Virus record (IMG/VR): IMGVR_UViG_3300037721_000031
Span: 202,567-266,566 of that record
Length of the DNA stretch: 64,000 nt
DNA from: a virus
Lineage: Duplodnaviria > Caudoviricetes
Strand: one strand, 5' to 3'
Within the stretch, counting starts at the first letter, position 1. Every line of letters starts with the position of its first letter. Positions 18,612 to 26,418 of the stretch are shown here, piece after piece. Below the pieces are notes generated by a model, which worked only from the letters and a program-made list of their open reading frames with translations, made no database searches and was not told the DNA's origin. The translations under genes were made by a program, and so were the position numbers.

Positions 18612-19016
18612 TTACTCCTTAAGAGCATAAATGTTTAAGACCGCACGTGAGTATTTCTGAATGCATTGACGACTGTACTTAATATCTAAACGATCAACAG
18701 AGCTCAACTTAAGACAAAGTAAAAGACGATCCAACAAAGACATCCAGATAAACCCACCTGAAGACAAATGCAGCAAGTGTCCAAATGCAGACACTCGTTC
18801 AATATGTGGGTCGATGTATCCGATAGACTTGAGATCGTGCTTAAACAAGAATGCTTCGATCTCACCTTTCAACTTTTGCTTCTCTATGACTAACTTTGTC
18901 CGAGACATAAATATATCACTCTGCGCAAGCAGTATCAAAAGTAAAATGATAGCTAAAGGCGCAATGAAGATACCGATTACTGCTTTGAGTACAGCTACTG
19001 ACAGTAGAGTTTCCAT
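18612..19016 (-). CDS. N-terminally anchored membrane protein, copy 3
   Basis: TM helix; DRLLL---SSVDRLDIKYS. Confidence 0.8.
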   Translation of the reverse strand: METLLSVAVLKAVIGIFIAPLAIILLLILLAQSDIFMSRTKLVIEKQKLKGEIEAFLFKHDLKSIGYIDPHIERVSAFGHLLHLSSGGFIWMSLLDRLLLCLKLSSVDRLDIKYSRQCIQKYSRAVLNIYALKE

Positions 19017-19060
19017 GTAATTTCCTTGTGGTTAACTGCAGAATCTTTGATAAGCTCTAG

Positions 19061-19300
19061 TCAGAAAAGCTTAGGTGGACGACATACACCAATATACTTC
19101 CAGCCAACTGTATTTACAGGAGATGTATTCGTACCGTCATCTCCTGACATAAACCATTTCTTTAAACTAGGTGACCACCTTAAAACAACTGACTCGTATA
19201 CACCATTACGACCATCAAAGCAGGGCTTCAAATAGTAGTACCCTACCGAATCAATATACTCTCTTGGTGGTGAGGGTTCAGTAAGAATTAAAGTGGTCAC
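19061..19300 (-). CDS. hypothetical protein (paralogue of 6745..6978)
   Basis: Alignment; GTG start. Confidence 0.8.
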   Translation of the reverse strand: MTTLILTEPSPPREYIDSVGYYYLKPCFDGRNGVYESVVLRWSPSLKKWFMSGDDGTNTSPVNTVGWKYIGVCRPPKLF

Positions 19301-19331
19301 TATATTCTCTCAGTATTGTTTAAGATCCAAC

Positions 19332-19562
19332 CTAGTACTTCGGTATCCATTTCTCTGGAACTTCTGTTCCTTTAATCTTATCTGCTTCAGTCTTATCTAT
19401 AACTGGATTCGGTACTTTCTTTGTATTATAGACAAGAGGTTTATTCACACGTAATGGACCTGTCTCAACCGGCTTATTATTTTTTCCTTTATAATTAGGA
19501 TTTTTTCTCTCATTGATCAAGTCCATTACTGACTTTGTCTTGATAACGATAGGTCGTCTCAT
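19332..19562 (-). CDS. small basic hypothetical protein
   Basis: K/N/P-rich ORF between co-oriented genes. Confidence 0.6.
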   Translation of the reverse strand: MRRPIVIKTKSVMDLINERKNPNYKGKNNKPVETGPLRVNKPLVYNTKKVPNPVIDKTEADKIKGTEVPEKWIPKY

Positions 19563-19607
19563 CTTGAAAGACTTTCTCAGCTAAGTTAGTAGATGTCTTT
19601 ATAAGGA

Positions 19608-20129
19608 TTACTTGATGACCTTAAAGACCCTATTCACCACATCAATAGTTTTACCATTGATAACGCAGCTCATACGGTCATCTTCACGTACAAGTTGCAT
19701 TCTACCTTCAAACTTGTAGTATGTATCCCCCACTACATCATTGGACATGACAACAGTCTCGTAGACTTCAGTGACAAGTCCAGAAAATGCTTCATAAACT
19801 GAAACACCACCAATCAACCACGGCACTGCTGTTTCTTTACACGGTGATGCATTTTCATAACTGCGTACGATCTCCATCACTCTAGCCGGTGAACCAGCAA
19901 GGTGCATGTCAGCATGACCAAAATGATCTCGCGATTGTGAAGACAGTACAATATTGATACGACCGTCCAAAGGTTTCTTTGGTAGCGAATCCCAAGTCTT
20001 ACGACCCATAACGACAATACCGCCATTCGTCAACTGCTTAAATCGAGTCAAGTCACCCGGGATGCGCCAGGGCAATTTATTGTTAAGACCGATAACGTTG
20101 TTCAAAGAGCGGGCGTAAATTAATTTCAA
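19608..20129 (-). CDS. folA: dihydrofolate reductase
   Basis: VIG-NNKLPW-IPGDL--FK, VVMGRKTWDSLP-KPL-GR-NIVLS, IGG; TTG start with SD AGGAG. Confidence 0.95.
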   Translation of the reverse strand: MKLIYARSLNNVIGLNNKLPWRIPGDLTRFKQLTNGGIVVMGRKTWDSLPKKPLDGRINIVLSSQSRDHFGHADMHLAGSPARVMEIVRSYENASPCKETAVPWLIGGVSVYEAFSGLVTEVYETVVMSNDVVGDTYYKFEGRMQLVREDDRMSCVINGKTIDVVNRVFKVIK

Positions 20130-20159
20130 GATAGGCTCCTAATTACCTAAATTTAAGAT

Positions 20160-20197
20160 GGACTAGTATGTGTCTAAATTTAGACACATACTAGTCC
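20160..20197. terminator. intergenic hairpin
   Basis: GGACTAGTATGTGTCTAA-at-TTAGACACATACTAGTCC. Confidence 0.55.
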
Positions 20198-20199
20198 TA

Positions 20200-20781
20200 T
20201 TACTTTTCAACCTTATACTGAGTAGTTTCACCGCCATAACCAAGATTTACAGAAGTGTTCTTGTCTTGTGAGAGAATGTGCTCACGTCCAAGATCCCATG
20301 CTTCACATTCTGGCGATCCAGAAGCATAAGGATTGTTCAGCTCTTTCCTTCGTGCTTGACCCACGCCTTGCTCGTAAGCAGTAGTAATACGTAGTATCAG
20401 AGAAGATGATACTCTTTGAGCACTGTGCCAATGACCAGGCGTAACCTCAATCATCGGATTACCCAGAATGTCTACTGGAAACCAAGCTCCAGGAGCTGGA
20501 AACGGCTTCGGTGTATCTGGCTTTTCACGACAACGAATGCCTGCACTAAATGCAGAAGCTATCTGAGGTGTCCATTCCAAATCTGGCGTTAGACTATACA
20601 CGACTGTCGCTGTCTTGATCTCATCATTAGACCACGGTACGAGAGAAGTTGTTGGGTACTTATTCTCCCACTTTTCAGGATATGGTTGCGGATTCTGAAA
20701 AGATCCTACACTACTACGTGCTCCTGACTTTATGTCCTCGATACCTTCTTTCATAACTTTTTCATACAGCGAATTACTCAT
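20200..20781 (-). CDS. hypothetical protein with Rmf-like C-terminal motif
   Basis: AYEQGVGQARRKELNNPYASGSPECEAWDLGRE. Confidence 0.7.
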   Translation of the reverse strand: MSNSLYEKVMKEGIEDIKSGARSSVGSFQNPQPYPEKWENKYPTTSLVPWSNDEIKTATVVYSLTPDLEWTPQIASAFSAGIRCREKPDTPKPFPAPGAWFPVDILGNPMIEVTPGHWHSAQRVSSSLILRITTAYEQGVGQARRKELNNPYASGSPECEAWDLGREHILSQDKNTSVNLGYGGETTQYKVEK

Positions 20782-20832
20782 GACATATCCTGGTTAGGTT
20801 CAAGAGGTTTAAGAACTATCAGTTTAAAGAAA

Positions 20833-21138
20833 TTACTGAATCAGATTCTCGAAGAATAGCTCAATGTAGACTGAGACCTTCACAACAGACATGATTGCAA
20901 AGCGAGTCTGAATGATAGGATCTTGTTGTGACCAGTAAGGATCTGTCTGAACAAAATGACAAAATGCAACCTGAATGTCCTTACTCCATCCACCATCTAA
21001 ATTACTTTTATTAAATTTGTTCTTTATCAGTGAATCGAGAACAAACTGATAACATTCTTTTTCCAACTTAGTCAGCATCTCGCTACCAAGTACACTCATG
21101 GAGAATATATTTTCAGCAGTAAGAGATTGACTAAGCAT
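20833..21138 (-). CDS. hypothetical protein, 101 aa
   Basis: SD AAAGGAAAAG. Confidence 0.65.
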   Translation of the reverse strand: MLSQSLTAENIFSMSVLGSEMLTKLEKECYQFVLDSLIKNKFNKSNLDGGWSKDIQVAFCHFVQTDPYWSQQDPIIQTRFAIMSVVKVSVYIELFFENLIQ

Positions 21139-21231
21139 CTTCTTTCCTTTATTACAAGTAATAAATAGATAGGAACTTACAGACTATGTTTCTTAGGGCG
21201 ATAGCTAAAAAATCATTATTATTTTATTTCT

Positions 21232-21426
21232 TTAAATAATTCTAATACTACCTTGACCTTCAGAATTACCAACTCGATATGTTGCTTCAACCTCAAACTC
21301 ACCAGGTTTCAGATCTTCACCCATAACTGAATAGCTAATCCGTCCTTCCATTGAATCGTTATTCTCAATGGACTTCTTGATGTCTTCAAGTACCGCTAGT
21401 AACTGTTGTTTATTCAGAGTTTTCAT
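21232..21426 (-). CDS. hypothetical phage protein, 64 aa
   Basis: Compact ORF; SMEGRISY...YRVGNSEGQG. Confidence 0.7.
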   Translation of the reverse strand: MKTLNKQQLLAVLEDIKKSIENNDSMEGRISYSVMGEDLKPGEFEVEATYRVGNSEGQGSIRII

Positions 21427-21440
21427 TTTACATATTTCTA

Positions 21441-21677
21441 TTATGGATATTTAAACACCATGCCGCATTTCTCACAGCGCTCAAGTTTTGGACCAACTAA
21501 CTTAAAAGGACAAGGTACTGCAGCAAATCCTTCATCAATCCATTCTCCAGTGATTGTGTGTTCATACCCTACTGGTTCAAATTGTTGCTGCGGACACTTC
21601 CACTTAGCATGGTCATCACCTAAAGCTACTGGTTGACCAGCGCTATTAAAGATACCCCAATCAGTTCTTGTACTCAT
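21441..21677 (-). CDS. hypothetical protein with CxxC
   Basis: SD AGGAG; CEKCG. Confidence 0.7.
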   Translation of the reverse strand: MSTRTDWGIFNSAGQPVALGDDHAKWKCPQQQFEPVGYEHTITGEWIDEGFAAVPCPFKLVGPKLERCEKCGMVFKYP

Positions 21678-21693
21678 GATCTCCTAACTGCAC

Positions 21694-21716
21694 AGAGCCA
21701 GCTAATAGCTGGCTCT
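21694..21716. terminator. stem-loop terminator
   Basis: AGAGCCAGCT-aat-AGCTGGCTCT followed by TTATG. Confidence 0.7.
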
Positions 21717-21731
21717 TTATGCATTCTTGTT

Positions 21732-22748
21732 TTATTGGTCGGGATTAATGAACGGAGGAGGACTATTTTTAGCTAACTCTTTCTTGAAACTATATGTTTC
21801 AAGATCAGGAGACTCATCCTTCATAAGTGGACTAAGATCACCAGTTTCTGACGGCATAGATAGGGCAGGTATTACATCTGTGTACAGGTGCTTTAAATTA
21901 CCATTAAGTATACTTGATTTAATATACGCATTGCTTAATTGTGGATTAAGTACTAACTGACCTTCTACTTTAGACGTGTCATTATTTATAATTTTTGGTT
22001 CGCAAAAAGTATCAAGATTATCAGCTTTAGGCATTTGATATTTTGCTGGGTGAATAAATCCAAATGGATCACCCATTTGTTCCATAACCCATCGACCCGC
22101 AACCATCTCCATACTTTGTTCACACGCTTCCCCTTTTAGCATTTCTGCCAACTTAGATAGAAGCTTAGGATGGAAACAATGGTCAATATGCCACGCATTA
22201 CTGTAATCGTCAGTAGCTTGACAAACCTCTTCACTAGTAATCTTTCTAATTACGCCATCAGGCATAATCACGTAAAGGCTATACCACTTACAATAATTCT
22301 CAACAGTAATAACGGGACAATCTAAAAGAGGTCCTGTATAAACGAGAGGGATGTCGCGATCACTGTAATGTAGGAAGTAAGAAGGTATATCGAACGCATT
22401 ACCAATATCGCTCTTTGTAGATACTTTGTCTTCTATAACAGTGTGATTATTATGCAAACCCAAATTGAAATCACGAGTAAGGACTGGAGATGTATTGTCA
22501 GGAGTTACTGATGTTACAGAACTACCTTCCGTACTAACAAATGAAGGACCTGGATTCTTATCTAACCATTCTCTAAGGCTTGACGTCTTCACTGCACCAT
22601 CTTCTTGTACTTCTGGAGTAAATACTCCAAATACTCCACTGTTCTGAATCTTCCTATTGCCGAAGATTCTATCATAGTTGTCGCGATATTGCTGTGTGGC
22701 AGTACGTGACGTCAATGAGTCACCAGTGATATCGTTTTTTGCAGACAT
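21732..22748 (-). CDS. mosaic hypothetical protein, 338 aa
   Basis: SD AAAAGGA; N-terminal KNDITGD...YRDNYDRIFG micro-domain. Confidence 0.8.
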   Translation of the reverse strand: MSAKNDITGDSLTSRTATQQYRDNYDRIFGNRKIQNSGVFGVFTPEVQEDGAVKTSSLREWLDKNPGPSFVSTEGSSVTSVTPDNTSPVLTRDFNLGLHNNHTVIEDKVSTKSDIGNAFDIPSYFLHYSDRDIPLVYTGPLLDCPVITVENYCKWYSLYVIMPDGVIRKITSEEVCQATDDYSNAWHIDHCFHPKLLSKLAEMLKGEACEQSMEMVAGRWVMEQMGDPFGFIHPAKYQMPKADNLDTFCEPKIINNDTSKVEGQLVLNPQLSNAYIKSSILNGNLKHLYTDVIPALSMPSETGDLSPLMKDESPDLETYSFKKELAKNSPPPFINPDQ

Positions 22749-22808
22749 ACTGTTCCTTTTAAGGTGTAGGATTGTTGTAATAGCAATCCTAGATGTTTTG
22801 CTACCTAA

Positions 22809-23204
22809 TTAAAGAGATATGCTCGCACATCTCTCACCATATCCAGATACATCCTTAAATGTGTCCGGGACCATACCGTATTGCAGATCCGTTTTACTAA
22901 CGATCCTAATATCTTTAAAGATATTATTTAGTTCTGATTCCCATGCAGGACCAAAACCAGATGAAATATACTCACCAGACTGATAAGAAAAATCAGGACG
23001 AATAAGGTCTGAAACTTGAAGAGCCTTCATTGCTAGAGTTTCAGCAATCAACTTTTTCGCATTTTCATCTGTCATTGTTACTACTGCAACAACATCTCCA
23101 TTATTGTTACGCGAAGTCTCTCTTACAGTACCTTCACCAACGACTGTGTTGTTAGAAATTAACAACACTACAGTACCAACATCACCAGCTGCAGGATGAG
23201 TCAT
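22809..23204 (-). CDS. hypothetical protein, VIGEC/DVxGY family copy 3
   Basis: Start moved to MTHPAAG (SD AAAAGGA); MTDENAKKLIAET, IRP-F, FKDVSGY. Confidence 0.85.
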   Translation of the reverse strand: MTHPAAGDVGTVVLLISNNTVVGEGTVRETSRNNNGDVVAVVTMTDENAKKLIAETLAMKALQVSDLIRPDFSYQSGEYISSGFGPAWESELNNIFKDIRIVSKTDLQYGMVPDTFKDVSGYGERCASISL

Positions 23205-23251
23205 GATTAATCCTTTTGGAGTCAAGAAGTAAAGAAACAATCGGTAACTAA

Positions 23252-24007
23252 TTAAGCTTCATCACCAAGAGGACCACCAAGTGAGAAGCTTGGGAAATGG
23301 AAGTAAGACGTCCCAGCCAAACTAGGATTGGAATCTACTTCTTCAATAAGGAGTCGAGACCATGCTTCCATCACAAACGGGTTAGATACTTCTTTTCCTG
23401 AAAGCTCCAAAAGCTCAGCAGCTGTATACTCACCAGCGTAATTTACTTCAACAATCGCAGGGTTAATCAAGCACTGAGTCTTCAACGTGACAATGAAAAC
23501 GACAGCAAGATGGACCTTGTGAACATCTTCGCCACCATAATACGTAATAAGACGGTAGCCCATTACGACACCACCAAAGTTTTCTTGACTAATACCAAGC
23601 TCTTCAATAAGCTCCCGGCGCATTGAAGTAAGAATAGTATCCTTAAGATTGATAACACTATTCTCATTACAGACGACATCATTAAGATCGATATGTCCGC
23701 CGAAACCAACAGACGTATTACCATGAAGTCGTGCCTCGCCACCTCCAATAGGACGATGATAAGTAAGGAACTTAAGACTATCTGTGCTAGAAACATTATC
23801 TGTTCGAGCTACCATAACGTACGGTAGGATCTGAAGATAATCTTCATTCTTCTCCAATTCAGCACGACGAGCAATGATTAGATGTTCGTTAGCTGTCTCA
23901 AAGAACTTATTAAAGTCAGTGGTATTGACACTCTTGCCAGAATTCAGAAATTCTGTAACGTGAGACTTCTTGATTGCAAGGATGTGCTGGGGATGTTTCA
24001 CAGACAT
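23252..24007 (-). CDS. NUDIX-fold phosphoesterase (COG4112/YmaB-like), copy 1
   Basis: RAELEKNEDYLQILPY, E-RLHG--SVGFGGHID, RRELIEELGI, VHKVHLAVV. Confidence 0.8.
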   Translation of the reverse strand: MSVKHPQHILAIKKSHVTEFLNSGKSVNTTDFNKFFETANEHLIIARRAELEKNEDYLQILPYVMVARTDNVSSTDSLKFLTYHRPIGGGEARLHGNTSVGFGGHIDLNDVVCNENSVINLKDTILTSMRRELIEELGISQENFGGVVMGYRLITYYGGEDVHKVHLAVVFIVTLKTQCLINPAIVEVNYAGEYTAAELLELSGKEVSNPFVMEAWSRLLIEEVDSNPSLAGTSYFHFPSFSLGGPLGDEA

Positions 24008-24050
24008 GGTTTACCTTTTTAAGTTAATGATTACTCTGAGAAAAACAAGA

Positions 24051-24084
24051 CATAATTAGCAGGGGATATCCCCTGCTAATTATG
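24051..24084. terminator. palindromic terminator downstream of tRNA
   Basis: Perfect 34-bp palindrome CATAATTAGCAGGGGAT|ATCCCCTGCTAATTATG. Confidence 0.8.
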
Positions 24085-24097
24085 ATCTTAGTGATAA

Positions 24098-24172
24098 TGG
24101 TGGATCCTGACGGGCTTGAACCGCCGACCCGCTCCCTGTAAAAGAGCCGCTCTACCGCTGAGCTAAGGATCC
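24098..24172 (-). tRNA. tRNA-Val (anticodon TAC), CCA encoded
   Basis: Folded by hand: acceptor GGATCCT/AGGATCC, D arm GCTC-AGCGGTA-GAGC, anticodon arm GCTCT-TTTACAG-GGAGC, T arm GGCGG-TTCAAGC-CCGTC, A73, CCA. Confidence 0.9.
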
Positions 24173-24190
24173 TATTTGTAAATCTTTATA

Positions 24191-24436
24191 TTAAGCTAAC
24201 TTCGCAATTCTCAAGAAGTTAGTGTACTCAGTTGTATCAGTACTGTACTCCGGATAAGTTGTCTGGATCCTCTGAGGAATGATGCGTACTTCATCAGCAC
24301 ATACACCAGGCCACTTCTTATTAACACGCTCGATCAGCTCTGTTAGACTTACGTAATGTTCTACGTACATTACAGAGTCCGTGTCATCTGGAGAATACGT
24401 ATCTGTTTTTCCGTTATCTTTTTTACCGTAACCCAT
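24191..24436 (-). CDS. hypothetical protein, PDDTD family (paralogue of 836..1174)
   Basis: Alignment; lies between the promoter motif and the tRNA. Confidence 0.8.
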   Translation of the reverse strand: MGYGKKDNGKTDTYSPDDTDSVMYVEHYVSLTELIERVNKKWPGVCADEVRIIPQRIQTTYPEYSTDTTEYTNFLRIAKLA

Positions 24437-24494
24437 GGTAGTTTTCTCTTTTCAAGTACAGGTTAGATGAGAAACATTTCTGGTTCTCAGGATG

Positions 24495-24511
24495 GTAATA
24501 TGTACTTGAAA
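24495..24511 (-). promoter_or_regulatory. putative early promoter TTTCAAGTACATATTAC
   Basis: Closest copy to the phiKZ TATATTAC element; about 60 nt upstream of the ATG at 24436. Confidence 0.7.
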
Positions 24512-24534
24512 TAATTTAGGTATGGTAGTAGTAC

Positions 24535-25212
24535 CTAGTCCAGAATCGAGTCAATAACAAATCCTGTCCAAGGTCCAATTTTGACTTCACCAGCTTCATT
24601 CTTAGCACGCAATTCGTCTGCTGTAAAATATCCAATTAGATTCATTTCAGAAGCAGACGGATCTAACTGCCAACTATTCGGCACTATAATTAATTCCATT
24701 AGTCCAACATGGACTCTACCCATTTGACTACCGTTATTAGTAATAACACCGTAATGAAGTCTTTCTGACGCTACTAAAGCGCTACCGTGTAATCCAATCT
24801 CTTCACTAAGTTCACGGTCTCTTGAATTACGAACAGTTTGATCTAAGTTAATCTCACCATTTTCAAAACAAGTTATATCTTTAAAATCAACATGTCCACC
24901 ACAGTCTAGTCTCAGTAATCCACTCATACGTGATTCTCCGCTGGAGACAGAAGAGCGGTACGCCAGGAAACGTAAACTCTTAAGGTCACACGGATCACCT
25001 TTGGCTATAATGGCACATGCTATAATCTGGCGATAAGCTTCATTCGTTTCAAGTTCTTGCCTGCGCCGAATAGCCAAATGTCCACCAGCGCCACTGATAA
25101 ACTCACGTAACGTCATCTCCGTATTAATACCACTGGATAACTTCAAAGTATCAGAAATATACGAGTTATCGATAGCGAGGATAGCTTCTGGATTCTTAAT
25201 TGTAATATTCAT
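24535..25212 (-). CDS. NUDIX-fold phosphoesterase (COG4112/YmaB-like), copy 2
   Basis: RQELETNEAYRQII, GE-RMSG...GGHVD, DRELSEEIGL, GRVHVGL. Confidence 0.8.
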   Translation of the reverse strand: MNITIKNPEAILAIDNSYISDTLKLSSGINTEMTLREFISGAGGHLAIRRRQELETNEAYRQIIACAIIAKGDPCDLKSLRFLAYRSSVSSGESRMSGLLRLDCGGHVDFKDITCFENGEINLDQTVRNSRDRELSEEIGLHGSALVASERLHYGVITNNGSQMGRVHVGLMELIIVPNSWQLDPSASEMNLIGYFTADELRAKNEAGEVKIGPWTGFVIDSILD

Positions 25213-25245
25213 GATAAGTTAATGTTACTCAGTAATAGATTCAAA

Positions 25246-25755
25246 TTAGTTGAACACAAGACGAAAAGCTTTAAACCAAAGATCAACTCGAACAAACCAG
25301 CTGCCTTTGTTTTTACCGAATCCAACGCGAAGCATTCTATTATTAGAATCAAGAGGAATCAACGTGAAAAACTTGACTACTTCTTTCTTTGACTCAGATT
25401 CTTTAGAAGTTAGAAACCTATTCCTTAAGGCAGCAATCTCAGCTATAGCTCCATCATGACCTTGAACACCTAAGTGTTCTAAAAGATCTCTATAGCGACT
25501 ATTCACACTCTCTAAATTGGCTACATTATTTAGATGTTGACAATATTCATTAATACTGTCTCTGCGTACATAGAGTTCGTTAACCCTATCAAGCCCGAGG
25601 TATGCCCTATCACTGTTAGGATCTCCAGGGCCGCGCTCTCCACCTAGTGCGTGCATTTCTCCAGATGGAGAAACAGCTAGAGTCACTGTTACCCATCCTG
25701 GCGAATATTGTTCATTGCTGGTTGACGGTTTACAGCATTCTTTTTCATCACTCAT
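25246..25755 (-). CDS. mosaic hypothetical protein, 169 aa
   Basis: LGVQGHDGAIAEI segment plus C-terminal LRVGFGKNKGSWFVRVDLW segment. Confidence 0.75.
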   Translation of the reverse strand: MSDEKECCKPSTSNEQYSPGWVTVTLAVSPSGEMHALGGERGPGDPNSDRAYLGLDRVNELYVRRDSINEYCQHLNNVANLESVNSRYRDLLEHLGVQGHDGAIAEIAALRNRFLTSKESESKKEVVKFFTLIPLDSNNRMLRVGFGKNKGSWFVRVDLWFKAFRLVFN

Positions 25756-25825
25756 AAAAGCTTTCTAGTGTAAGATATTTCACTCTGTAGTCGATTCTAC
25801 AGAATCGACTACAAGTGTCTTACAT

Positions 25826-26083
25826 TTACATTTGAGGAACAATATTTAACAACCTATATCCTAGACGTTCACGAAATGTCAGTCTACGAAAGCTACCATC
25901 TAAAGAGTAAAGTTCTAGATGACCATTATTATCTCTGAGATTAACACACCTCTTAGACAGACAGTATGATAACTCATTTAGAAGTCGTTTAATTTTAATT
26001 TGTGACTTATCTAAATCGCCTGTTACATTCTGTACTTGATTAATAAGACTAGAATCTCTTTGATAGTGTGTTACTGGCAACAT
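25826..26083 (-). CDS. hypothetical protein, 85 aa
   Basis: SD AAGGAG. Confidence 0.7.
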   Translation of the reverse strand: MLPVTHYQRDSSLINQVQNVTGDLDKSQIKIKRLLNELSYCLSKRCVNLRDNNGHLELYSLDGSFRRLTFRERLGYRLLNIVPQM

Positions 26084-26125
26084 TCATATCTCCTTAGATA
26101 TGTCAAATATTAGATCTTTTTGATA

Positions 26126-26404
26126 TTAGACTGTAGGATAAAGTTCTTCAGGATTGTAAGATATTTTAACTGAAATTTGTTTCATTCGTTCAATCTTAGC
26201 TTTAATTTGAATCGCATGAACCTCACGGTATTCTTGTTTCAGTGACAATTCACGAAAACCTGGAATACCGCAAGAGGTACAACATGTTCCACCATTATCC
26301 CAGAACTTCTTTTCAGCAGCAGAAAGTTCTTTATCGACTTTATGAATCTTCAGATAAAGATTCCTGAGCTCTTGTTCCAACAGCTGTATCTTACTCACAG
26401 ACAT
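26126..26404 (-). CDS. hypothetical coiled-coil protein with CCxxC
   Basis: SD AAGAG; helical pattern. Confidence 0.7.
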   Translation of the reverse strand: MSVSKIQLLEQELRNLYLKIHKVDKELSAAEKKFWDNGGTCCTSCGIPGFRELSLKQEYREVHAIQIKAKIERMKQISVKISYNPEELYPTV

Positions 26405-26418
26405 AACAGTCTCTTATA

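Noticed and set aside
24130-24150. Possible ochre-suppressor (TTA) reading of the tRNA anticodon and hence an alternative genetic code
   Set aside because: Only the GCTCT/GGAGC stem pairs, which centres TAC; TAA, TAG and TGA all end intact genes in the window
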